This document shows, piece after piece, positions 56,652 through 64,000 of a stretch of DNA of 64,000 bases. The notes beneath the pieces are model-generated. The model saw only the letters and a program-made list of their open reading frames with translations. It was not told the origin of the DNA and made no database searches. Every line of letters starts with the position of its first letter. Positions within the stretch are counted from its first letter, which is position 1. A program made the translations under genes and the position numbers. Source of the stretch: Armatimonadota bacterium (GTDB lineage: Bacteria; Armatimonadota; SYMT01). Location: assembly GCA_041690135.1 (NCBI GenBank), contig JAWLHY010000007.1:224001-288000 (forward strand), read 5' to 3'.

Positions 56652-58325
56652 ATGCGTCCACTCCTGGCGGTAATCCTGATCGGCGGCATGGCACTCCCCG
56701 GGTGCGTGCGGGCGAAGGCGGCGCGACCGGATGGGCTGGTGCCGCCCGCGACGCCGGGCAACGTGCTGCGCCTTGCAGTGGAGACGGACATCCGCACCCT
56801 CGACCCGGCGGTTTCGACGGACTGGGACTCGCAGCCACTGGTCCGCCTGCTGTACCAGGGTCTCCTGGACTATGACGATGAGACGCGGCTGATCCCGTGG
56901 CTCGCGAAAGAGTTGCCGGAGGTTTCGGCGGATGCCACGACTTTCACCTTCCGGCTGCGTCCCGGAATGCGGTTTTCGAGCGGGCGCGAGGTGACGGCCG
57001 AGGACTGCGTGTATGCCCTGGAGCGCAGCTTGGACCCGGCCACGAAGTCGTGGGGCGACGGCTTCCTGCGCGGCATTGCCGGGGCGCGCGAGTACAACCA
57101 GGCGCGGGCGCGCGATGGCTCTCTGCCCCTCGGCCCGAATGGGCTCCGACCGCGCCGGGCAGAACCGCGGCACGTGGAGGGGCTGCGGGCGCTGGACCGC
57201 TACACGCTCCAGATCCGGCTGGCGGTGCCGGACCCGGCCTTCCCCTACGTGATGACGATGACCTTCACCTACCCCGTCCCGCGGGAAGCGGTAGAGGCTG
57301 CGGGAGAGGACTTCTTCCGAGAGCCGGTGGGCACCGGTCCGTTCGTCCTCAAGGAGTGGAAGCGGAACCTGCGGATGAGACTGGAGCGGAACCCCGTCTA
57401 CTCGGGTCCCTACCATCCGAAGCTGGATGCCGTGGAGATCCTGATGGGGGTGGACGAGGTGGTCCAGCAAATGATGTTCGAGCGCGGAGAACTGGCCTTT
57501 ACGCCTAAGATTCCCGACCCGGACTTCATCCGCATGACGACCGACCCGCGCTGGAAGGCGTGCGTGGTGACGATGCCCTCGAACGAGGTGGCCTGTTTTC
57601 ACATGAACACCGAGATGGAGCCGTTCGATGACCGCCGGGTGCGCCAGGCCATGAATTACGCGGTCGACAAGGAGCGGATTCTCCGCCTCATCAACGGGCG
57701 TGGATTGCCCGCCCGGGGGGTGGTTCCGCCCGCGATGCCCGGCTTCAACCCGAACCTGCCGGCGTACGAGTACCATCCCGGCCGCGCGAAGCGTCTCCTT
57801 GCCGAAGCGGGATATCCGAACGGGTTCACCGTGCCGATGTGGGTAAGCAACAACACCCGCTATGTGAAACTCTCCCAGGCATTGCAGCAAGATCTCGCCA
57901 AGGTGGGGGTGAAGGTGGAACTGAAAACTGTCGCCCCTACCGTGGCCAGCACGGCGTACCGGAAACGGAAGACGGTCCCATTCGGGTATTCGGGTTGGTA
58001 TATGGACTACCCGGACCCTGGAAACTTTCTGGATACGTTTCTCAACGGAGAGCGCATCACCGAGGATCACTGCCTCAACCTGGCGTTCTACTCCAATCCC
58101 GAGGTAAACGATCTGCTCAAGCGGGCCGGGCGGGAAACCGATCGCACGCGGCGGATCGCCCTCTATCAGCAGGCGGAGCGGCTGGTGGTGGAGGACGCGC
58201 CGTGGATCTTTCTCTATTATCCGGTGCGGCACAAACTCCGGCATCCGTGGCTGAAGGACTTCAGCACCCATGCCGTCTGGCCCGGACAGTACGAACGATA
58301 CCGGATTGAACTTGATGAGTCGTAA
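56652..58325 (+). CDS. Peptide ABC transporter substrate-binding lipoprotein (family 5)
   Basis: Lipobox LPGC; TLDPA, FTFRLRPG..FS.G...TAED, PVGTGPF, RVRQAMNYAVDK. Confidence 0.93.
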   Translation: MRPLLAVILIGGMALPGCVRAKAARPDGLVPPATPGNVLRLAVETDIRTLDPAVSTDWDSQPLVRLLYQGLLDYDDETRLIPWLAKELPEVSADATTFTFRLRPGMRFSSGREVTAEDCVYALERSLDPATKSWGDGFLRGIAGAREYNQARARDGSLPLGPNGLRPRRAEPRHVEGLRALDRYTLQIRLAVPDPAFPYVMTMTFTYPVPREAVEAAGEDFFREPVGTGPFVLKEWKRNLRMRLERNPVYSGPYHPKLDAVEILMGVDEVVQQMMFERGELAFTPKIPDPDFIRMTTDPRWKACVVTMPSNEVACFHMNTEMEPFDDRRVRQAMNYAVDKERILRLINGRGLPARGVVPPAMPGFNPNLPAYEYHPGRAKRLLAEAGYPNGFTVPMWVSNNTRYVKLSQALQQDLAKVGVKVELKTVAPTVASTAYRKRKTVPFGYSGWYMDYPDPGNFLDTFLNGERITEDHCLNLAFYSNPEVNDLLKRAGRETDRTRRIALYQQAERLVVEDAPWIFLYYPVRHKLRHPWLKDFSTHAVWPGQYERYRIELDES

Positions 58326-59997
58326 AGCTCTCCCGCGCCTGGCGTGGGTTGTGGTCCTTGTGGCGGTCGGCTGGCTGGCGGTCCGCGGGCTATCCCAGCC
58401 GGGCGGAGCGATGCCTGCCGGCAACGCGGATAACATCCTGCGTCTGGCCCTACCGACGGACGTAAAGTCGCTGGACACCGCGATCGCCTATGAGGTCGAA
58501 TCCTGGCCGCTGGTCCGCCTCACGAACCAGGGTCTGTTGGACTACGGCGAAGGGGCTGACCTGCAGCCCTGGCTCGCGCGCGAGATGCCCGAGATCTCCC
58601 GAGACGGGCGGAGCTTCACCTTCCGCATTCGGCCGGGCATCCGTTTCTCCAACGGTCGCGAGTTGATGGCGGAGGACTTCGTCTACACCCTAGAGCGCTT
58701 GCTCGACCCGGCGACCAGGTCCCCTGGCGATGGGTTCTTCCGTAACATCCGGGGGGCGCGGGCCTTCCAGAAGGCACGGGAGAAAGACTCGGAGTTGGCG
58801 CGGGAGACGGGGGCTCCCCGGGAGCGTCGGACGGCGCCCACCCGGGTGGCCGGTCTCCAGGCGCTCGACTCGCACACGCTGCGGATCGAGCTGGAAGCGC
58901 CGGACCTCTCGTTCCTTCACGTGATGGCGATGCCGTTCACCTACGCGGTGGCGCGGGAGCAGGTGGAGAGGTGGGGAGAATCCTACTACCAGCATCCGAT
59001 CGGTACGGGTCCCTACGTGCTCACCGAGTGGCGGCGCAGTACGCGGCTCCGGTTCGCGCGCAACCCGTACTATAACGATCAGGACCGTCCCGTCCGGATC
59101 GACGGCGTGGACGTGGTCATCGGCCCGGACGAACTGCTCCAGCAAATGATGTTCGAGCGGGGTGAGTTGAGCATGCTGGCCGCTATCCCCGACCCGGACT
59201 TCATCCGGATCACCACCGGGGAGCAGTGGAAAGATCATGTGGTGAGCATGCCGACGTGTGCAATCCGCTATCTCACGATGAACACCGAGATGGAGCCGTT
59301 CCTCGACCGACGGGTGCGGCAGGCGATGAATCACGCCATCAACAAGGAGCGTCTTCTGCAGATCATCAAAGGGCAGGGGACGGCCGCGAAGAGCGTCCTG
59401 CCGCCGAACATGCCCGGTTACAACCCTGCTCTGCCGGAGTACGCCTACAACCCCGCCCGGGCCCGCGCACTCCTCGCGGAGGCCGGAAAGAAGGGCGGTT
59501 TTGAGGTGGACCTCTGGGTGTCGATCGACGACAGCCGCAACGTGAAGATCGGCCAGGCGATCCAGCAGGACCTGGGCGAGGTCGGCGTGAAGGTGAGCCT
59601 TAAGGTGGTGTCGCGTTCCGTGTTCCTGGAGTCGACCGGAACGCGCAGGAAACTGGCACTCGCTCTCAACTCCTGGTATCAGGACTACCCGGACCCGAGC
59701 AACTTTCTCGATGTGCTGCTGAACGGGGAGCGGATCGTCAACACCCGCTCCAACAACCGCGCCTTCTATTCGAACCCGAGAGTGAACGAGCTGCTGAAGC
59801 AGGCAGCTGTGGAGACCGATTCCGAGCGCCGCTACGGGCTCTACCAGGAAGCGGAGAAGATCATCGTGGACGATGCGCCCTGGCTTTTCCTCTTTCACCC
59901 ACGCGTGTACCTGTTGCGGCAGCCCTGGCTGCATGGCCTGAAACCCCACCCGGTCTGGCCGGTGCGCTACGAGAACCTGTGGATGGAACGCTCATGA
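58315..59997 (+). CDS. Second family 5 substrate-binding protein (paralog)
   Basis: N-terminal TM/signal; PIGTGPY, QQMMFERGEL, MNTEMEPF.DRRVRQAMN, DYPDP.NFLD shared with the upstream paralog. Confidence 0.93.
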   Translation: MSRKALPRLAWVVVLVAVGWLAVRGLSQPGGAMPAGNADNILRLALPTDVKSLDTAIAYEVESWPLVRLTNQGLLDYGEGADLQPWLAREMPEISRDGRSFTFRIRPGIRFSNGRELMAEDFVYTLERLLDPATRSPGDGFFRNIRGARAFQKAREKDSELARETGAPRERRTAPTRVAGLQALDSHTLRIELEAPDLSFLHVMAMPFTYAVAREQVERWGESYYQHPIGTGPYVLTEWRRSTRLRFARNPYYNDQDRPVRIDGVDVVIGPDELLQQMMFERGELSMLAAIPDPDFIRITTGEQWKDHVVSMPTCAIRYLTMNTEMEPFLDRRVRQAMNHAINKERLLQIIKGQGTAAKSVLPPNMPGYNPALPEYAYNPARARALLAEAGKKGGFEVDLWVSIDDSRNVKIGQAIQQDLGEVGVKVSLKVVSRSVFLESTGTRRKLALALNSWYQDYPDPSNFLDVLLNGERIVNTRSNNRAFYSNPRVNELLKQAAVETDSERRYGLYQEAEKIIVDDAPWLFLFHPRVYLLRQPWLHGLKPHPVWPVRYENLWMERS

Positions 59998-60914
59998 TGC
60001 AGCGCCTGTTTTCGCGCCTCGGCTGGGCGGTGGTTACGCTCTTCGGGACGTCCCTGATCGTCTTCCTGATGGCGCACGCCGTGCCCGCCGACCCGGTCTC
60101 CGCCTTCGCCGGACCGCACGCGGACAAGGAGACGGTGGAGCGCATCCGGAAGGAGTTGGGACTGGACGACCCGCTCTGGCAGCAGTATGCCCGCTACGTG
60201 GGCAAGGCGGCGCGGGGCGATTTGGGGCGCTCCTACGTTACCCAGGAGCCGATCACCGAGGCGATCCTCACCCGGTTTCCCACCACCCTGGCGCTCTCCC
60301 TCGGCGGAATGGCCTTCTGGCTGGCGGTCGGGATTCCGATCGGGGTGATTACCGCCCGGTGGCGTGATACGCCGCTCGACCGCACGGTGCTGGTGCTGGC
60401 GATGATCGGCATCTCACTGCCGACATTCTGGCTGGGTCGCATGTTGCAGTTCCAGCTCGCCTACCGCAGTGGGCTCTTCCCGGTGGCGGGCCTCTACAGT
60501 TGGGCCCACCTGCTGTTACCCTGCCTTACGCTTGGCCTGGTGGGGGTGGGGTGGTACGCGCGGTTGGTGCACACGACCATGGTCGAGGTGTTGGGCCACG
60601 ACTACGTCCGCACGGCTCGCGCCAAGGGCACAGCGGAGCGGATCGTGCTGTTCCGGCACGCGCTCCCCAATGTGCTGATTCCGCTGCTCACCGCTATCGG
60701 CCTGGACCTGGCCGCACTCCTGGGAGGCGTGGTGTTCACGGAGACCGTCTTCGCCCTCCCGGGCGTCGGCGCCCTTTCCGTGCAGGCCGTGCTCAATCTC
60801 GACATCCCGATGATCATGGGGACGGTCCTCTTCGCCGCAGTCCTGGTCGTTACCGCGAACATCCTGGTCGATCTCGTTTATGTCCTGGTGGATCCGCGGG
60901 TGAAGAGCGCTTGA
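59994..60914 (+). CDS. Peptide ABC transporter permease (DppB/OppB-like)
   Basis: LGLDDPLWQQY, GDLGRS, DYVRTARAKG, ETVFALPGVG, DPRV. Confidence 0.95.
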   Translation: MMQRLFSRLGWAVVTLFGTSLIVFLMAHAVPADPVSAFAGPHADKETVERIRKELGLDDPLWQQYARYVGKAARGDLGRSYVTQEPITEAILTRFPTTLALSLGGMAFWLAVGIPIGVITARWRDTPLDRTVLVLAMIGISLPTFWLGRMLQFQLAYRSGLFPVAGLYSWAHLLLPCLTLGLVGVGWYARLVHTTMVEVLGHDYVRTARAKGTAERIVLFRHALPNVLIPLLTAIGLDLAALLGGVVFTETVFALPGVGALSVQAVLNLDIPMIMGTVLFAAVLVVTANILVDLVYVLVDPRVKSA

Positions 60915-61044
60915 GAGGCGGGCGAGAAGCGGTAAGATCGAATCGAAACCCGGGGCGCTTGCCCGCGTCTATTCCGTAGACTACCGGATGAAGGCCGGTC
61001 AGGGGTCGCGCACGAGGTGGTGCGCAACGAGGGAGATGCCGCGG

Positions 61045-63849
61045 ATGGAGCGATGCCGCCGGGCCACCTGGATCGGAGCCGCCGTGGGCGGGACGCTGGT
61101 TTTGCCGCTCTGGGCGGGATTGGCGGCCGGCGCGGCACCCGACGCCGTGGCGGTGGATTACAACCGCGACGTGCGTCCCATCCTGGCCGAGCACTGTTTC
61201 TCCTGCCACGGTTTCGACGGCGCCACTCGCCAGGCGGATTTGCGCCTGGATACGGCCGAGGGGGCCTACCGGAAATCGAGCGCCGGGCGAGCGGTCGTGA
61301 CCCCGGGTAAACCGGACGGCAGCGACTTGCTCCACCGCGTCACGGCGAAGAATGCCGGGGTAATGCCCCCTCCCGACAGCGGCAGGCGTCTTACTGAGGC
61401 GGAAGTCGACGTACTCCGGCGCTGGATCGCGCAGGGAGCGAAGTACGCGGCGCACTGGGCGTACGTGCCGCCCAGGCTCCCGGAGTTGCCCGCCGTCAAG
61501 CAGGCGGGTTGGGTCCGTAACCCGATCGACCGTTTCATCCTCGCCCGGCTGGAGAAAGCGGGGCTGAAGCCCTCTCCGGAAGCGGACCGCGCTACGCTCC
61601 TGCGGCGCGTTTCCCTGGACCTGACCGGGCTACCACCCACCCCGGCGGAAGTCGACGCCTTCCTCTCCGATCCTGCGCCCGATGCCTACGAGAAGGTGGT
61701 GGATCGTCTCCTCGTCTCGCCGCAGTTCGGGGAGCGGTGGGCGCGCCCCTGGCTGGATCTCGCCCGCTACGCTGACTCCCACGGCTTTCAGCGGGACGAC
61801 CTGCGCGACATCTGGCCGTATCGGGACTGGGTCATCCGAGCCCTGAACGCGGACATGCCGTTCGACCAGTTCACGATCGAACAGCTCGCGGGCGACCTGC
61901 TTCCCGATGCGACCGAAGCCCAGAAAGTAGCGACCGGTTTCCATCGCTGTACGACGACCAACGTGGAGGCCGGGTCCGAACCGGAAGAGACGCGGGTCAA
62001 CCAGGTGATCGACCGCGTCAACACAACGGCGGCGGTGTGGATGGGCACCACTCTGGAGTGCGCGCAGTGCCACGACCACAAGTACGATCCCTTTACCCGT
62101 AAGGATTACTACCGTCTCTTCGCCTACTTCAACAACACGGAACTGGAGGCGGAACGCAGCGATCCCAAGGTCCCCGGCTCCATCCGTTTCCTCGGCCCCA
62201 CCATGACGCTGGCCGATCCGGAGCGAGAGCCGGCGCGCCGGGAAGCACGTACCGAGTTGAAGCGCCTGGATCAGCTACTCGACGACCGCCGTCGCGACCT
62301 GGAGCCGGACCTGGCCGCGTGGGAAGCGGGTCTTGAGAGTGAAATGCCCGGACAGGCTAAACCGGCCCGGAAAGTCCCGGCGGACATCGCCCGGATCTTG
62401 AAAGTGGCGACCGCCAAACGGACTCCGGCCCAGGTCAAGAAGCTGTTGGATTTCCGCCTCGGGGAGGACCCCACCGGCGCCAGGCTTCTCAAAGAACGTG
62501 CCCGGGCCGCGAAGACGCTGGAGGGGCTGGAGGCGCCCAGCACACTGGTGATGAAGGAGCTGCCGCAGCCGCGCCCCACCACGATCTTCATGCGCGGCGA
62601 TTACCGGCAACCGGGAGAGCCCGTCCAGCCCGGAACGCCCGCCCTCTTCCGGCCGGTCGCGGACAGTGGTACCAACCGCCTGGCCCTGGCCCGGTGGCTG
62701 GTGAGCCCCGAAAACCCGCTGGTGGGTCGCGTCGCTGTGAACCGCTGGTGGACCGAAATCTTCGGCCGCGGCATCGTGGCCACCGTCGAGGACTTCGGCG
62801 CCAAAGGCGAACCCCCCACGCACCCGGAGTTGCTGGATTATCTGGCATTCCGATTTTCCACCCCGGCTACGGTAACCACTCCGCAAGGGAGCAGGGGGCA
62901 GGGGGCGGGGGGGCTTGTTCACGAGGACGGGTACGGTCTAGTAGTACGCAAGGGAGCGCCGGGGAAGGGAGCACGGGAGATCCAAAGTGTGCGTACCGTA
63001 GCCGCTTCTGATCCCCGGGGTTCGAATTACGCAATACGAAATACGCATTACGCCGGCACTTCGCCCCTCGTACCTCAACCCACGCACCTATCACAGGGCC
63101 TTGGCTGGAGTATCAAACGCTTGCTGAGGCTCATCGTCACCAGCGCCGCCTACCGGCAGTCGTCCGTGCTGCGGCCGGAGCTGCAGCAGAAGGACCCGGA
63201 GAACCGGCTAGTGTCGCGGGGCCCACGTCACCGGATGGACGCGGAAATGATCCGGGACAGTGCCCTCCGAGCGGCGGGGCTGCTGAGCCTGAAGCAGTTC
63301 GGGCCCCCGATCCGGCCCTACCAGCCGGACGGCCTCTGGAAGAAGGTGGGCGGGGCACCCGTGGAGTACGTGGTGAGCCCTGGTGATGAGCGGCACCGGC
63401 GCGGGTTATACGTCGTCTGGAAGCGCGCCACCCCGTATCCCAGTTTTGTCAATTTCGACGCCACCGCGCGGCTCGCGTGCACGGTGAAACGGTCACGGTC
63501 GAATACCCCGCTGCAGGCCCTGACCCTGTTGAACGATCCGGTGTACGTCGAGGCGGGGATGGCCCTGGCGCGGCGCATCCTCACGGAGAAGCCGTCGGCC
63601 AATGTGGAAGAGCGGATCCGGCACGGTTTCCGCCTCTGCCTGGCGCGCCAGCCGCAGGAGGGAGAGGTCCGGGTCCTCCGACGCCTGTTCGAGGCCCAGT
63701 TGGCGGCCTACCGAGAGGACGGAAAGCCGGCGTGGGATCTCGTCGCGGATTTCCCCAAGGTAGAGAATGTGTCAGCCGAAGAACTGGCGTCCTGGTACGC
63801 CGTTGCTACCACGCTCCTCAACCTGGACGAAATGATCACCAAGGGATAA
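61045..63849 (+). CDS. PSD1 and planctomycete cytochrome c domain protein (PSCyt1, DUF1549, DUF1553) with an internal in-frame insertion
   Basis: YNRDVRPILAEHCFSCHG; RRVSLDLTGLPPT; WLDLARYADS; CAQCHDHKYDP; PTHPELLDYLA; DAEMIRD; NTPLQALTLLND; start uncertain. Confidence 0.93.
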   Translation: MERCRRATWIGAAVGGTLVLPLWAGLAAGAAPDAVAVDYNRDVRPILAEHCFSCHGFDGATRQADLRLDTAEGAYRKSSAGRAVVTPGKPDGSDLLHRVTAKNAGVMPPPDSGRRLTEAEVDVLRRWIAQGAKYAAHWAYVPPRLPELPAVKQAGWVRNPIDRFILARLEKAGLKPSPEADRATLLRRVSLDLTGLPPTPAEVDAFLSDPAPDAYEKVVDRLLVSPQFGERWARPWLDLARYADSHGFQRDDLRDIWPYRDWVIRALNADMPFDQFTIEQLAGDLLPDATEAQKVATGFHRCTTTNVEAGSEPEETRVNQVIDRVNTTAAVWMGTTLECAQCHDHKYDPFTRKDYYRLFAYFNNTELEAERSDPKVPGSIRFLGPTMTLADPEREPARREARTELKRLDQLLDDRRRDLEPDLAAWEAGLESEMPGQAKPARKVPADIARILKVATAKRTPAQVKKLLDFRLGEDPTGARLLKERARAAKTLEGLEAPSTLVMKELPQPRPTTIFMRGDYRQPGEPVQPGTPALFRPVADSGTNRLALARWLVSPENPLVGRVAVNRWWTEIFGRGIVATVEDFGAKGEPPTHPELLDYLAFRFSTPATVTTPQGSRGQGAGGLVHEDGYGLVVRKGAPGKGAREIQSVRTVAASDPRGSNYAIRNTHYAGTSPLVPQPTHLSQGLGWSIKRLLRLIVTSAAYRQSSVLRPELQQKDPENRLVSRGPRHRMDAEMIRDSALRAAGLLSLKQFGPPIRPYQPDGLWKKVGGAPVEYVVSPGDERHRRGLYVVWKRATPYPSFVNFDATARLACTVKRSRSNTPLQALTLLNDPVYVEAGMALARRILTEKPSANVEERIRHGFRLCLARQPQEGEVRVLRRLFEAQLAAYREDGKPAWDLVADFPKVENVSAEELASWYAVATTLLNLDEMITKG
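62860..63096. repeat. In-frame repeat-derived insertion in the PSD1 gene
   Basis: GGGAGCAGGGGGCAGGGGGC at the left, TTACGCAATACGAAATACGCATTACGC internally, CCCCTCGTACCTCAACCCACGCACCT at the right. Confidence 0.7.
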
Positions 63850-63872
63850 CTCTTGGCCGGCGGTGGGGGAAA

Positions 63873-63910
63873 TCTCGCGCAAAGGTTTGCACCCCGAGGA
63901 GTGCGCAAAG
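63873..63910. repeat. (CGCAAAG)n REP-like element with an 18-bp micro-element at 63886-63903
   Basis: TCTCGCGCAAAGG[TTTGCACCCCGAGGAGTG]CGCAAAG. Confidence 0.65.
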
Positions 63911-64000
63911 ATGTGCTGCAAAAGGGGATGGACTACGGATGGATAAACACGGGTTGATTGGAAACTTGCCCGGCCAGATCACCCGGCGCTACTTACTCGG

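Noticed and set aside
62857-63102. Intein in the PSD1 protein
   Set aside because: Too short, and lacks the C-terminal HN-C/S/T and block A/B motifs.

Overview
High-GC bacterial chromosomal window with about 50 likely genes. I found no rRNA, tRNA, canonical CRISPR array, cas gene, integrase or transposase. The gene content (a prepilin-type DUF1559/H-X9-DG protein with the [13 protein letters not shown] signature, DUF1501, a PSD1/planctomycete cytochrome c protein, many Tat/Sec-exported hypotheticals) suggests Armatimonadota or a PVC-like organism; this is inference. Family calls come from motifs I recognised, not from database searches. Highlights: (1) An operon of unknown function resembling STM4015-4014-4013-4012-4011 (LRR protein ending in an acidic C-terminal Glu, RimK-like ATP-grasp ligase, alkaline-phosphatase-superfamily enzyme, two radical SAM enzymes) at 26.8-32.6 kb. 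It carries an extra small gene and could be a carrier-protein-based biosynthetic or modification pathway. (2) An 18-21 bp hairpin micro-element (YTTRCRCCCC-NN-GGSGGTG) found 4-5 times, each time inserted precisely, without target duplication, inside different REP-like host repeats. (3) Short tandem-repeat elements sitting in-frame in protein genes, including an about 79-codon insertion in the PSD1 protein. (4) A degenerate array with an about 47-bp period at 1.65-2.04 kb. (5) Regulatory modules: an ArsR-like operator with a probable leaderless start, a BlaI/BlaR1 pair with twin operators and secretin-derived segments, and an ECF42 sigma factor with a candidate target promoter.
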